From NCBI GenBank assembly GCA_963575745.1, contig CAUYUJ010000116.1, positions 62,001 through 118,044 on the forward strand: 56,044 nucleotides of DNA. The letters run 5' to 3'. This stretch comes from Prorocentrum cordatum (Eukaryota). The notes beneath the pieces were generated by a model. That model saw only the letters and a list, made by a program, of their open reading frames with translations, was not told where the DNA came from and did no database searches. Shown piece by piece: positions 12,871 to 28,014 of the stretch. Within the stretch, counting starts at the first letter, position 1. The number at the start of each line of letters is the position of its first letter. Made by a program: the position numbers and the translations under genes.

Positions 12871-15429
12871 AAAGGGGTGGAGGGCGGCCCCAAACCGCCC
12901 CGCCACTTGCGACTCCCCCGCGCAAATGCTAGCGATTCGTTGGCTCTCGAAGCCGTGCGCCGCCGACGCACCGGCCGCGCGCGCGCGCCGCGGGCTCGGC
13001 GGCGCGGGCGCGCGGGCTGGCCGGGCGACCTGGTGCCCCGCATTGGCGGAATTTGCCAGCAAGGCTGTCCGATGTTATATCGTTATATCCCCTGCGCCCC
13101 AGCGACCGCGGCCTGAGCGCGCGCGCGACAGACCGAAAAAACGCCGCGCCCCGCCCTGCACGCCGCAGACCGCAACGCGTCGTCCCGCGGCGGCGGCCGG
13201 GCACGCACTACCATCCGCGCGAATTGTCGGCACTCGGCGCACGCGGCATGCCCTTAACCCACTGGGCGCAGTTGCCGCCGATCGCAATCGCGCACTCGGG
13301 CAATGGGCCGACAATCATGCAGACTGTAAAGCCTCGCAGCTTCTGCCGCCGTCACGTCGCTGAAACGCCTGGGGAATTCGCGACGGACCTCGAAACGCGA
13401 CGAACAAGACGCGCGCCCTCGCGACCCATATGTTGCCCGGAACTCCGCGCCCCCACTTGCGCGCGCATGGCGGGACAGAAACTAACCTGCCGGCTGCGCG
13501 TGCACGGCGCGCCCGCGGCGAGCGGCGCGGACCTGGGCGCCCCGCGTGTGCGGCCGCGCGCCAGGCGCCGGCGCTAACTGAGCCCAAACGCGTTTGGCCC
13601 CCAGCTGCGCGAGCAATGCCCGCTCCACACGGCTGGGGGCGTCTGCTAGATCTGACCAATTCGCCGCGCACGGCTCACGCATGCACCTCGCCGCGGCGCC
13701 GCGAACGCGCGCGCGCGGCGCCCGGCCGCGGCCGCGCCTGCATCGCCACAGTTGCGCCAGAACTCGGACGCCAGACATGTGACCGCTGGCCCCAGCGACT
13801 TCCTGGAAAAGAAACCGCGGCGGCCCCCCAGCGCGCGCGCCCGCGCAATCGGCGCCGCGCGCTGCGCCGGCACTGCTGGGGCCGAAACCCGGCTGCCAAC
13901 GCGACGCGGCCATCCGCCGCGCCTGCGCGATTCGCGTGCCGAGCGCGCGCTGCGAGCCAGCCATCGGGGGCCTGAGAAGCGCGACTGGGAGAGCCGCCTG
14001 CTGCGCTTGTTCCCCCTGCGGCGCAGTGCCGGAGGGGCGCTCGCGCGCTCGCGGTCGCCGCGCCTCGACGCCGGTCGCCAGGTCTTCGAAGCCGCGGGGG
14101 CCGCTGGCACGCCGAACCAACTGCACCATTGTGGCACCGTGCTGGGGAGCCGCGCGTTCGACGCGCACCGCGAAAGCGACGCGACGCGGCCGCTCGCCCG
14201 CCGCGCGCAGATCTCGCGCGCGGGGGCGCTGCCAGGGCAGCAGACGCGAGCGCGGGAGATGTCCGCGGCGCCTGTCTCGCGCCGCGCAGACGCAGCTCGG
14301 CGGGCGGCTTCGCTGAGGCCGGTCTGCCTGATCGCGCGACCCGCGGACGCGCGCGGCACTGCAAATCCCCCGCGCCCGCGCCCCAATCCTCGCGCATCAA
14401 CTTCGGCGCGCGCGGCTGCGGCGCGCCAGTCCCGGCGCGGCGCTCGCCCTTGCCCTTGGCCGCGCCTCGACGCTCCAAACACTTGCCGACTTGCCCCAGC
14501 CTTTTTCGCCGTTCGGCTAGGTCGCCCCCTCTCCTATGCGGCCTGCGCGGGGATGCCCCTTGGAGCCCCCCCTCTGCTGCCGCTCGGACAGGTCAGGGAA
14601 GCCGCGCTCCGCGCGCCCCCGCCCGGCGCACGCGCAAGCTCCGTCATTGTTGCCGCGCGGCGCGATCCACGACGAAGGAGCTGGCGCCGCTGGAGCGACC
14701 GGACCACTCGCACCTGGCCAGATCGTCATAGACGACCGGCACGGCCGCGACCTCCCGCGCCCCTCGCGCCAGGCCGCGGGGCACGCGAGCGCGGCCAGCG
14801 GCGGCCGCGCGAACAGGGGGAGGGGGGGCGCCTGATGCGCGATCTGCACGACGACGTCTTTGCGCACCATTGCCGCCGCTGGGCGAATCTGGCCCGCGAA
14901 GGGCGCGGTCAAGGCCCAACGGCCGCGCGCGACCGCCAGCGCCGCGAGCGCGATGCCGAGCAAGTCGGCCGCGTCGCCCAGACCCGCGCGCGGAAACGGA
15001 ATGGGCCTTCATCGCCAGTATCGGCCCCGCCCTGTCCGCCGCGCTTCTCGACCGCCCGACGGGGGCGCCGCGGGCGGCGGACATGGCCACCGCCTCGGCC
15101 CCTGCCGCATTCGCCGTCGCCCTCTCGACCGCGCGACCCAGGGGGGCTACGCCCCCGCCGTTGCGATCGCCCCCGGCAACGGCGCTCGCGCGAATGTCGA
15201 GCCCAAACAGGTCTCGCTCGACCGGGGGCGCGCAACGCACTCTCAAGCCGACGACGCGCTCAGCGTTCGCCGTGACTGAGGTGGCGCGGAGCGCCGCGAC
15301 TACGTCGCGGACGCAGTCCTCGTCGCGCTGGGCGCGGACGTCGACAGTCGGCGGGGGGACTTGCAACTCCGCCCCTTCGCGGCCGAGCGCCGTCGATGCG
15401 CGCGGCATGCGCGCGCGCGCTCGCGAACC

Positions 15430-16200
15430 GGATGGGGGCCTCGTTCGGACGTTCGTTCGAGAGCCGCTCTTGAAGCGGCGTCGAACCCCCCAGTGACCTC
15501 GCCCAGTCGTTCGCTCGCGATCCCAGTTCGGATGCGGCGCGAAGTCGAAATGGACCTCGCCCGATCCTCGCGCGGACGCGATCCTCGTGCTTCTCGCGCA
15601 GGCGCGGTGCAGACGTCGAATCAGACTTGGCCCGGTCTTCGCTCGCGATCCTCGGACGGGCGCGGCGCAAACGTCGGAGCGGACCTCGTTCAGTCGTTCG
15701 ATCCCCGTCCGGATGCGGCGCAAGCGTTAAAACGGACCTCGTTCCGCCGATTGCTCGCGATCCGCGTTCGGACGCGGCGCAGAATGGACCTCGTTCGGTC
15801 GTTCGCTCGCGCTCCTGATTCAGATGCGGCGCAGTTGCAGAAAATGAACCTCGCTCAATCGTTCGCGTGTGATCCTAGCTCGGATGCGGTATCGGACCTC
15901 GTTCGGTCACTCGCTCGCGATCCTCGATCGGGCGCGGCGCAGGCGTTAACTCGGACCTCGTGCGGTCGCTCGCATGTCGTCCTCGTTCAGACGCGGGGCT
16001 GGCGTCGTAGCGGGCCTCGTTCGGTCCCTCGCTCGCGATCCTCGATCGGATGCGGCGCAAACATTAAAGCGGACCTCGCTCGGTCGCTCGCTCGCGATGA
16101 TCTTTCGGATGTGGCGCAAACGTCGGACCGGACCAAAGTGGGTCGTTTGCTCGCGACCCTCGTCGGGTCGTTCGGATGCGGTGCAGACGTCAGAAACAAC
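15430..16200 (+). repeat. Degenerate ~50-60-bp minisatellite (GGACCTCGTTCGGTCGCTCGCTCGCGATCC...) inside a CpG-dense block
   Basis: Core recurs at ~15552, 15681, 15734, 15787, 15895, 15953, 16071. Confidence 0.75.
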
Positions 16201-18261
16201 CCGCGCGGTCGTTCGCAGGAGCGACCCTGACCTTCGAGCCCAGCAAATCGACTAGTAGTTGGACGCCTGCGGGGGGGTCGGGAGGAGGAAAAGAACCTGC
16301 GAACGAAGACGCGACGCGCGCGGGGGGGGAGGGGGAATCGGAACCTGCGCAGGAAGGAGACGCGGCGCGGAGACAGCTGGCGCGCGCGCGCGGAGCAGGC
16401 GGCAGACGGCAGCGCAGAGGAGCACGCAGCAAGCGAGCGGCGGCGCGCGACGGCCCGCCGGCGCGCGCGCGCGAAGCGGGCAAGCCGCGGCAGGCAGCTA
16501 CGCAGGGCGCAGCAGCACGCAGCAGGCGAAGCAGCACGCGCGGGGCGACGGCCAGCGCGCATGCGCGCGCACCCCGCGCTCCAATCCCGGGCGCGGGGTG
16601 CACGCACGCCCCACGTCCTGCATACAAATCCGCGAACCTCCACAGCGCCGCGGGGGGCGCGGGCACCGCGCGGAAGGGCGCTTCGGGTGGCCTGGGCGCC
16701 GGTCGCGACGCGACCCAGCAACGGGCGAAACGGGGCGGGTTTGGGCGGGTCAAGCCCCGATCGCGGGGTGCACGCCTCCACGTCTTGCACGCAAGCCCGC
16801 GAACCTCTGCAGCGGGCACCGCGCGGAAGGGCGCGGACCTGCCCGCATCGCCTGCGGCGCGCCGCGACGCGCGTTGGCAGCGCGGCGACACGGCGCTATT
16901 CGCGCAAGCGTCCGCCGCGCATCCCTGGGGCCAGCGAGTGTGTGCGATGGAACGAGGGGCCGAGTTCGTTCTATTAGAATATAGAACTTCGACGTGTTCA
17001 GCCTCCTGCCCAATCTTCCAGGGCCGCGGGACTGTCAAAACCCAACTCAGGATAAAAAACGGTCCCGAGGGGGTCGACGTCATGAAAAAACATGATGTCG
17101 AGGGTCGGCTGGCGCAGCCCTCCGAGGAGCCGACGTGCTCAACCCGCGCGTCTTTCCTCGATTGCGGTCCTCGGGGGCCGCGTCCAGGCCCCAGTGGGGT
17201 CTCGTTATTTTCCTTCGGTTCCTCCTCCTCCTCCTCCTCCTCCTCCTCCTCCTCCTCCTCCTCCTCCTCTTCCTCTTCCTCCATCGTCTCGAGAAACCGA
17301 AGGCGGATGTTCGTTGTCATAGTTGTCGACCCCTGATGGACCCTTGCACGGCCCTTGGACCTATGAGGAGCACATCCGGGAGTTGGCGGCGCGCGCCTGG
17401 AGGTAGGGGGCGGGAAGAAAGTTTCTTCGAAGGAGGCTGCCCTTAGAAGGCGCCGGCCTTCGAAGGCCCGTGCCTTCTAAGAAGCGGGGGTGTCTCTACG
17501 AAACCTCCCCCCTTCCCCTAACCACCCCCTCTGTGCGTGGCCGGTGGAGGAATGGGTCCAAACCTCTTCGGGGACCCCCGTACTGAAAAACCGAAGCCAT
17601 AGGATTTCCCGACCACCGGGTCTGACTTGTTCAAACTCCGGGTGTTGGTCCTCGAGCTCGGCCCTCGGGGGTCGTGCTCCGGAAGTTCTCGGGGGCGGCC
17701 AAGAGGGGGGCGTCGAAGAAGGGGGGAAGCTCAAATCATGGCCGGCGGCACGCGCGCGGCCCAAGGGGGGGGGACCGGGGACGTTTTGAAAGAAGAAGAA
17801 GAAGAAGGAGGAGGAGACGGAGGAGGAGGAGAAGAAGAAGAGGCGCCATGAAATCAGAGGAGAGCGGGAGAGTCCGCCCTGGCCCGCGCCAGCCCCTGGA
17901 GCGTCGTGGAGCAAGCCGCGGCGGAAGGTGTCGTGTCTGTCTTGCGGCGTCTGGCCTCCAGCAGGGGGTCCTCACCCGGGGCCCCAGGGCCGTCAGGCAG
18001 AACGGGAGGGAGGAGGAGGAGGAGGAGGAGGAGGAGGAGGAGGAACGAGGAACGAGGAACGAGGAGGAGGAGCGGGTCGGAACGAGGCAGAGCCCTCGGG
18101 GAAGGGAGTCCCGCCACGCGGGGGCCCACGCCGTGGAACACATGAAGGCCTCTGTGCCGCGACCTCGCGCTGCAGACGGCATGGGGACCTCGAGCCGTGG
18201 TCTGCGCGGGCCGCCAACGCGCGCCAGGTCGGCGCAGACGGCCCCGCTCGTCTTGCGTCGC

Positions 18262-18354
18262 TCACAGGTCGTCGAAGGCCGACAGCGGCCGCGGTCGGGC
18301 AGGCGGCCTCCTGCCTCGAGGGGGCAGGGCCCGCGGCGACGCCGCCGGCGAGGC
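18262..18354 (-). CDS. Candidate terminal exon of host gene (ASPAASP...SAFDDL*)
   Basis: CAG|G acceptor in phase 0 matching exon 19488-19545; ends at TGA 18262-18264 (or at a GTGAG donor). Confidence 0.35.
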   Translation of the reverse strand, partial: ASPAASPRALPPRGRRPPARPRPLSAFDDL

Positions 18355-18650
18355 CTGCTGAGAGGGGACGAGAGAATCGCGGTCGCGCTTCGTGCCCTTT
18401 GTCCCACCACCCTTTTGGGCGACAGGTGGTCTAGGGAGGGTCCCTTTCCTCTTCCACAGCCCCCCTTTCCCTTCGGGGAGGGGACCCCGACCCCTCCCCT
18501 CCCCTCCCCCATTCGGCTTGAGATGGCCACGGAGCCTCCCAAGCCTCCCTCGCTGTTTGACTGTGCGTGTCTCTTCCTCTCTCCCCCCGTCAACTCTCAC
18601 TCTCATGGGCATCGTTTCTGGATGGGCTGGTAGAGGAACGCGAAGCTAGA

Positions 18651-18830
18651 GGCCTCCTAGATGGAGTCCGAGTAGATGAGGTCGGATCGCGCCGCATCGG
18701 CGATGCATCAACGATGCATCGGCGACGTCGGCGTGGAGAAATCGGGTTCCGCATCGAGCCGCATCGTCGATGCATCGGCGATGCGGCGCGATCCTTCGAC
18801 CCCATCTACTCCGACCCCATCTAGGAGGCC
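18651..18830 (+). mobile_element. Palindromic MITE family C
   Basis: GGCCTCCTAGATGG...CCATCTAGGAGGCC TIRs, TAGA on both flanks; partial copy at 45792-45931. Confidence 0.7.
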
Positions 18831-19094
18831 TAGAGGAGCGTCCAAAATTTCCGTACCCATGTCAGTCGCCCCGAGTTCTCCTGGGGGGTCTGTCCTGCGC
18901 CACGGATCCGTCTTCGACTTGGAGCCAGGAGAGCCCGAGGGCGCGCCCCGAGAGAGAGACCCCAGAACCGAGGAAACACACACGCACGCACACACACACA
19001 CACACCCTCCGAGGGAGCAAGCCACGACGTGGGCGCAGCCGACGCCCTCCATGGGCGGTGGGGCAACGATAAGGGGGGGGGGGCGGGCACAATG

Positions 19095-19212
19095 TTAAGT
19101 CGGTCGTGTCCCCCTGCAGGCGGAACTTGGACGAAAAATGAAAACATGCTCCAGATTAGTAACAAAAACTAAGTTTGAAGATCACCCCTTGAGAGGGACA
19201 GGTCCGACTTGA
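19095..19212 (+). mobile_element. hAT-type MITE family A, copy 3 (internally deleted)
   Basis: TIRs; TSD GCACAATG/GCATAGTG (6/8). Confidence 0.75.
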
Positions 19213-19487
19213 GCATAGTGGGGGGACGCACCGACCTGGAATCGGCAACACGTCGCCGGTAGATCGGCGAGAGGCCCCCGACGGTGCATCCGCACCTTCC
19301 TGGGCAGGCTGGGGCCATCGGGCCCCCCTCGGCGATCCATGGGCGATTGGGGGTCGCTGCATCCCCTCCCCCCCTAGGCCTATCCCCCTCCCTCTATCGT
19401 GGCCCCTCCTTGGAAGGGCTCCGGCTGGAGTCGCAGCGGGCGGCCGCGGCTTGGGCCGCCCCCCCCCCCGGGGTCGCCCGCCCGCAC

Positions 19488-19545
19488 CAGCTGGCCAGCG
19501 GCGACCAGGCGCCGCGCCTTCTCGAGGACCGCCGGCTCCTGCGCC
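19488..19545 (-). CDS. Host gene exon (AQEPAVLEKARRLVAAGQL)
   Basis: CAG|G acceptor, G|GT donor, GC3-rich; phase 2 joins exon 27030-27186. Confidence 0.55.
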
Positions 19546-19699
19546 CTGCCGAGCGTTTGGGGGGGGGGAAGAGGGCAGGCAGGGGCGGCGGAGCCAGGCA
19601 GGCCCGAGGATCGAGGCTCGAGGCTCGAGGTGTGAGGAAATCGAGGCTGTCGGGGTCGCTTCTGGTAAGCTCCCCTTCTGAGCCTGGCCGGCGCCCCCC

Positions 19700-20421
19700 C
19701 CCTCCTCCTCCTCCTCCTCCTCCTCCTCCTCCTCCTCCTCCTCCTCCTCCTCCTCCTCCTCCTCCTCCTCCTCCTCCTCCTCCCTCCTCCTCCTCCTCCT
19801 CCTCCTCCTCCTCCCTACCTCCTCCTCCTCCTCCTCCCCTCTCCTCCTCCTCCTCCTCCTCCTCCTCCTCCTCCTCCTCCTCCTCCTCCCTCCTCCTCCT
19901 CCTCCTCCTCCTCCTCCCCCCGCGGACCTTCCGAGGCTTGCCCAGAGACCTCCGCGGGCCCCGTCGGAGGACGGGCGTTTCGGTGGCCATCGCCGGCAGC
20001 GTGCGTATCCTCATCCTCATACCCATTATTAATCCCCATCCACATGCCAATCCCCATTCCCATTCTGATTCCCATCCCCATCATCGTCACCACCACCATC
20101 ATCACCGTCATCAGCACCACCACCACCACCACTACTACTATCATCATCATCAGCATCCTCCTCGTCATCATCATCATCATAATCATCATCATCATCAGCA
20201 GCAGCATCATCGTCGTCAATACTAACACCATCACCGTCATCATCACCGCCATCAACAGCTTCGCCATCAGCATCTTCACCACCATCATCACCATCATCAT
20301 CAGAATCATCATCATCAATATCACCATCACCGTCATCATCATCAGCAGCAACAGCAGCAGCAACAGCAGCAGCATCATCACCAACATGATCGTCGTCATC
20401 CGCACCGTCATCATCATCACC

Positions 20422-20452
<31 letters not shown>

Positions 20453-20518
20453 CCAGCATCAATATCAGCATCATCGTCATCGTTATCGTCGTCGACGTCG
20501 TCATCGTCGTTGGCGGCT

Positions 20519-20551
<33 letters not shown>

Positions 20552-20585
20552 TCATCGTCATCGTCATCGTCATCGTCCTCGTCAT
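19700..20585 (+). repeat. (CCT)n and (CAT)n microsatellites
   Basis: Direct. Confidence 0.9.
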
Positions 20586-21224
20586 CAGCCCTCAGGATCT
20601 GGGTGGCCTCCAGAGCGCCCCTCGCGAGGCCCAAAGAGCACCCAGGGAGGGTCCAGGATGGCACTGGGGGCGCCGTGACCCAAGAGATTACCCGTGGCGG
20701 CCTCCAGAGGGGGCCTGGCGGACCTCGGCAGGCGCTGCTGGGGCGGCGATCGCGGGCAGCTCCTCCAAGTCTCTGCTCGGATCGCCGCGGGGGGTTCTAA
20801 GGTGCTAGAAGCGGATGCTCTGGTGGACTGTATCTGGCCGAACCTAGCCTGCAAGTGGGCTGCACGTGCTCTCGGTGTGGCTAAGGGGTGTTCGAAAACT
20901 GTGCCAAGTGGGCTCCACCCACTCAGCCCGGAGCTGTACGCTCTTCAGCCACTTAGCTAGGGCACTTTTGCAGCCATGCCCTCGCCTAGAAGTAGGGCTG
21001 CAGGTGCCCTAAGGAGATTAAGAGAATACAGGTCCAGGATAAGTGGGCAGAATCCACTTGGCGGAGTTATCAAATCCCCTCTAACGCAATTGAAAGGACG
21101 TGCAGCCAACTTACAGGTTAGGTTTGGCCAGAAATAACCCACCTCTGCGACTGCGACTGCGACTGCGACCCGCATTGCGCACCCTGTAGGTGCCGCGGGT
21201 TGGGGCCGAAGCACCCATTACATA

Positions 21225-22626
21225 TTAGATCGCCTGACAGAAATCTTGCTCTAGATCGCGCCATGCATCTCGCGTGGCACACCTCAGGAGTAGATGAACA
21301 ATACATCGCGCTTCGCGTCCGTCTGCGAAAGCCTTCTGTTCTTCCGGGGTCAACGCTTCTTTGTGCTTTGAAATGAAATGAAAGATGTCGTCAATCCAGC
21401 GACGCTTTGGTCGGTGAGGGCGTCTTTTCGCATATAATTCAACGTGCTGACACGGATCCCAAGATACAGCCTGGCGCATCCACTCCCCGGGCGCCTTGCA
21501 TGCAACTTTTGCGAACCACCACCATTTTCTTCGACGTTGTAGTGTGATCCAGTCATCAATGTGCAAGGATTTGGTGTACTCCTCCACCTCTCTCGTACTG
21601 CGTTTAATCCATTCTACCCAAGGTTCCAAATATTATTGAAGGTGCTCTGCTGCGGGTAGTTCTCCATGTTTTACTCCATCGCTGTCCACGCCGTCGTCGC
21701 TGCTTGTCGTTGTGTGTTGTCCTCTCTTCTATCTCTGATCCTTCAGCTTGTCGTACTTCTTTGCGACGTGGCGTCTGGATGATCATTATCAGCATGTGTC
21801 TTTGCGTTCGTCGAACTCTGTTTTCAAGTTCCGCTGTCCTTGTCCACGCTTCGCAACCACATAGTAATGTCGGCGTAAGAACACCATAAAATAAACGCAT
21901 GCGGTCTTTTCAGAGAATACCTGCGTCCAACAAGCTCCTGCTTCAAAGAATAAAACCTTCTCCAAGCTGCAGCAATCCTGTTCGCAATTTCCACTCTCTG
22001 CGGATCAGAAAAACTCAATTCTCGACCAAGGTATTTTGTGTGTCCGGATATCGGTAATATCTCGATGTCCATGCCGTTGATGCCCATGCTTACTGCGTTC
22101 TGGTCTTTGCGCGAGCCGCCAGAGCTATTGTGGAATACTTTTGTCTTTCTGGGGAATAGGACCAATCCAACCTCCTCCGCGGCACCCTGCAAGTCGCCTA
22201 TCATCTTCTTCACGCGTCGTACAGAGGTCGCAAGAAGTAATATGTCATCCGCAACCCTCAAATTTGTCAGCCGATATTGTTTTGACATCATTGGCACCCC
22301 TTTTTTGGATTTGATCAACTTTGTCTTCAGTTTGTCGAAGGACATCATATTCAGATACGCTATTGAATAAGAAGGAGCTGACGGGATCGCCCTGCTTCGC
22401 CCCACGCTGTATCCGGAATTCCTTGCTGGTGCGATCGGTCTTCACGGTGGCTTTCTGGCCCCGGTACATGTGTCGAAGAACTCGGATGTATCCTTCGTCA
22501 ACTCCCTGATCAACCAGAGCGCCCCATATGCCCCTATGCGTAACACTGCAAAAGGCTTTCTGGAAATCCACTGCGACAGCCCAAAGAGGTACTTGGTATT
22601 CGTCCGCTGTTTCCAGTAATATAGAA
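21225..22626 (-). pseudogene. RTE reverse transcriptase, C-terminal part (frameshifted)
   Basis: VDFQKAFCSV, RGAKQGDPVSSFLFN, LRVADDILLL, KYLG, LLCGCEAWT, RPKRRWIDDI spread over several frames. Confidence 0.9.
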
Positions 22627-22734
22627 AAATTATTCACTGCGTGGGGATCCCCATATGTGCATCTCCTTGCTGGCGCTCCCTTGGTGGTGGGACTCGGTGA
22701 GGGCGAATCTGGATTTAAGTGTGACTGAGCTGCC

Positions 22735-24670
<1,936 letters not shown>

Positions 24671-24944
24671 CTTCGCTACTGGCTTCTGACTGAGTCTGGG
24701 TTAGGTGAGCCTGAGTGTGGGTGAGTCTGAGTATGGGTACGTCTGTGTGTGCCTGACTCTGAAGAAATGAATCTGAGTGTGAGTGAGCTTGTGTATGAGT
24801 GAGTCTGGGTGCGAGTCTGAATCCCAATGGTGCCCCTGGCAGTGTCTGGCGACTAGGAGGCCCGGGTCGACTCCTCTTTGGGAAGCCAAAATGCTGCCCC
24901 TGGCAGCGTTTGGTGACTATGAAGCCCCTGGTGGACCCCCCCTG

Positions 24945-25742
24945 GGGCTCCCAAATGATGCCCCTGGCAGCGTTTTGTGACCATGAGGCTCTCAAGAGAT
25001 ACATGTTGGGGACGCCAAACGGCAATTCTAGCTGAGGCGTCCCACCAAAATCGGCGCGAACGGGCTCGTGAGATCAGCCAGGGTGGCTCCCCCTTGGGGC
25101 TCCCAAATGATGCCCCTGGCAGCGTTTTGTGACCATGAGGCTCTCAAGAGATACATGTTGGGGGCGCCAAACGGCAATTCTAGCTGAGACGTCCCACCAA
25201 AATCGGCGCGAACGGGCTCGTGAGATCAGCCAGGGTGGCTCCCCCTTGGGGCTCCCAAATGATGCCCCTGGCAGCGTTTTGTGACCATGAGGCTCTCAAG
25301 AGATACATGTTGGGGGCGCCAAACGGCAATTCTAGCTGAGACGTCCCACCAAAATCGGCGCGAACGGGCTCGTGAGATCAGCCAGGGTGGCTCCCCCTTG
25401 GGGCTCCCAAATGATGCCCCTGGCAGCGTTTTGTGACCATGAGGCTCTCAAGAGATACATGTTGGGGAGGCCAAACGGCAATTCTAGCTGAGACGTCCCA
25501 CCAAAATCGGCGCGAACGGGCTCGTGAGATCAGCCAGGGTGGCTCCCCCTTGGGGCTCCCAAATGATGCCCCTGGCAGCGTTTTGTGACCATGAGGCTCT
25601 CAAGAGATACATGTTGGGGAGGCCAAACGGCAATTCTAGCTGAGACGTCCCACCAAAATCGGCGCGAACGGGCTCGTGAGATCAGCCAGGGTGGCTCCCC
25701 CTTGGGGCTCCCAAATGATGCCCCTGGCAGCGTTTTGTGATC
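24945..25742 (+). repeat. 152-bp tandem array, 5+ near-identical units
   Basis: AAATGATGCCCC at 24953, 25105, 25257, 25409, 25561, 25713. Confidence 0.95.
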
Positions 25743-26018
25743 ATGAGAGAGTGTGAGTGTGAGTGAATGTGACTGTGAGTGAGTCTGAGTGAGAGTGAGT
25801 CTCATCTTATCTTATCGAGTCCTATCTTATCTTACCTTTATTACCCTCTATCTTATCTTATCTTGAAATCTCTTATCTTGTCTTAGCTTATCTTATATCA
25901 TGTCTTATCTTATCTGGTGATTATCAGTGGGAGGAGGGAGGCGGGAGGCGGGAGGAAGGAGGAGGAGTGGGAGGCGTCAGAGTAATATCAAGAACCCCAA
26001 TCCTTAGGATATGGGGAA

Positions 26019-26674
26019 CATCCGCTGTTTCCAGTAATATAGAACAATAAAAAAGATGATATGTGGTGGATCGGAACGGGCGAAAGCCTGCCTGGTCATT
26101 GCTTTGTTGCTTGTCCAAAACGGGCACCAGTCTGTTATATAATAATCAAGAAAACAACTTGTATAATATAGGTGTACTGCTGATTGGCCTGCAATTATGC
26201 GGTAAGTTTGCGTTCCCACTTTTGTATATGACTTTGACCACGGTGCGCTTCCACTCTGTCGGCGCTGGGGCTTTCAAGTCTAGTATATCGTTGTACAGCA
26301 TGAGAATAATTTCCCTGATCGCTAAGCCTCCGGAAGATACCATCTCAACCACGATGCCCTTGCTGTCCGCTGCTTTGCCCTTCTTCATCTGTTTCGATGC
26401 CGTCTGTAGCTCCTGCATAGAGAACGGTGAAATGCTTGTCGCCGCTGTAGAAGTGTTGTCCTTCTCGGGATTGTTGCTCCCGGCGTCGCAATTCAAACCA
26501 GAATACGATTTGCTGTAATAATCGGCAAACACGTCGGCGATCTCTTGTCTGCCCCGCACAGTCTCCCCACTCTCACACACCATACCTGGAATGAAGTCCT
26601 GTGATTTCTGCGATTTGATGCCAGCGATCTTCTTCAAATTACGGAACTCAGATAAGATGTTGTCAATCTCCGAT
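26019..26674 (-). pseudogene. RTE reverse transcriptase, N-terminal part
   Basis: MKKGKAADSKGIVVEM, PTEWKRTVVKVIYKSG, CRPISSTPILYKLFS*, QAGFRPFRST; in-frame stop. Confidence 0.9.
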
Positions 26675-26790
26675 CAGAAATAACCCACCTCAGCATCCAT
26701 TTCTAACCCCCTCTTCCCTTTGCACCCCCCGCGGCGATCCGTGCAGGAGCAGCTCCTTTCAATCACATGGACTCCCAAACTCGCCAGCTA

Positions 26791-27005
26791 CTCCAAATCC
26801 CTTATTCATCGTTCCCCGGATCTGGTTTTTAAGGGCGCCTTTTTTGAAACTGGGGGGCCCGTTTCATTAGGGCGCTTTCTGTGGATTGGAGCTGAGGGGG
26901 CCCGGTTTATTAAGGCGCCCCGTCGAAGAGGGGGGTCCGGAATATTAGGTCGCATTTGGAGGTGGGTCCGGTTTTTAGGGGGGCCGATTAATAAGGGATT
27001 TGGAA
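26791..27005 (+). mobile_element. Stowaway-like MITE family E
   Basis: TA|CTCCAAATCCCTTATT...AATAAGGGATTTGGAA|TA; right-end fragment at 48132-48197. Confidence 0.7.
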
Positions 27006-27029
27006 TACCTGTCTTTGACAGACCAGGGC

Positions 27030-27186
27030 CTCAGGTGGGTAAATTCCATCTCCTCATCCACGAAGCCCTCGGACATCCGGGCCAGCTGCCCCAGGGTGAC
27101 GGGCGGCCTGCACTGCGTCGCCATGAGCCACGGCACGAGCGCCCGCAGGCTGGCCTGCTCGGCAATGGGCTGTACTGGGGGGAGGC
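27030..27186 (-). CDS. Host gene exon (LPPVQPIAEQASLRALVPWLMATQC...EEMEFTHL), unknown protein
   Basis: 157 nt, CAG|G acceptor, AG|GC donor, strongly GC3-biased non-repetitive codons. Confidence 0.6.
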
Positions 27187-27769
27187 CTGTATGGGGGGAA
27201 AGAACAGGGCACTCAAGGGGCCCTTCAGGGCCCCTTTCAGAGCGGGGGCCCTACAGGGCCCCTTTAGGGCCATTGCCCGGGACCCTCAAAAGCCCCCTTC
27301 AGGGCCCTTTTCCTCACCCCCCATGTAGGTCAGCCCCCCATTGCCACACGCCCGACCTGCGCAAGCTCCGACTGGGGCGGCCAGTGTCGGTACTCGTTGG
27401 TCAGCGTCTTCAGCGGCTCGCCGCACAGGGGCACCTCTCAGGCGGCAAGCGGCTCGAAAGCATCGAGGCGGACACTTCGGCGTCCCGCGAGGCAACTTCT
27501 GGGCAACCCGGGGCCGCTGAAGACCGATATCCAGAGCCGTCGGAGACCGATCGGTCCTCGACAACACCGTCGAAGACCGAGTCGCCTCGGGCTGCAAAAC
27601 CAATGCCAGGGGAGGGGGCCGAGCGAGCGAGCAAAGACAGACGGCTGCTTCCAGAAACTCCGAGTCCAGGACATCAGCCTGCAACGACCGATTCCCAGGG
27701 AGGGGGCCGAGCCAGAATCCAACAAGTCCGCCGACCCCCTCTTACCGGGGGTGGTGAGAAGGCGAATGA

Positions 27770-28014
27770 TCAGGTCGGGCATGTCCCCCTACAGGCGGAT
27801 CTTGGGCGAACGCAATAAAATAAAACAAATAAACATAACAGACAGACAAAAACTGCTCAACAAGTGCTAACAATAGTCAGCAAATCGACAACACATACTC
27901 CAACATAGTCAACAATACTCGTTATATATACAAATGTGTGTTTTTCTCAAGTGCCCAGATTATTTGTCTTCTACTTTTGTATATACCTCCTGTAGAGCGA
28001 CACGCCTGACGTAA
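27770..28014 (+). mobile_element. hAT-type MITE family A, copy 4
   Basis: TIRs; TSD GCGAATGA/GCGTATGA (7/8). Confidence 0.8.

Noticed and set aside
16207..16256. Helitron-like 3' end (hairpin then CTAG-T)
   Set aside because: Hairpin-to-CTAG spacing is too long and no matching 5' end was found.
13752..17336. Overlapping 300-500-aa Arg/Ala/Pro ORFs
   Set aside because: Expected from stop-codon scarcity in extremely GC-rich DNA; no domains.
24945..25742. CRISPR-like appearance of regular arrays (also 51785-52573)
   Set aside because: Units are wholly repeated with no unique spacers, and there are no cas genes.
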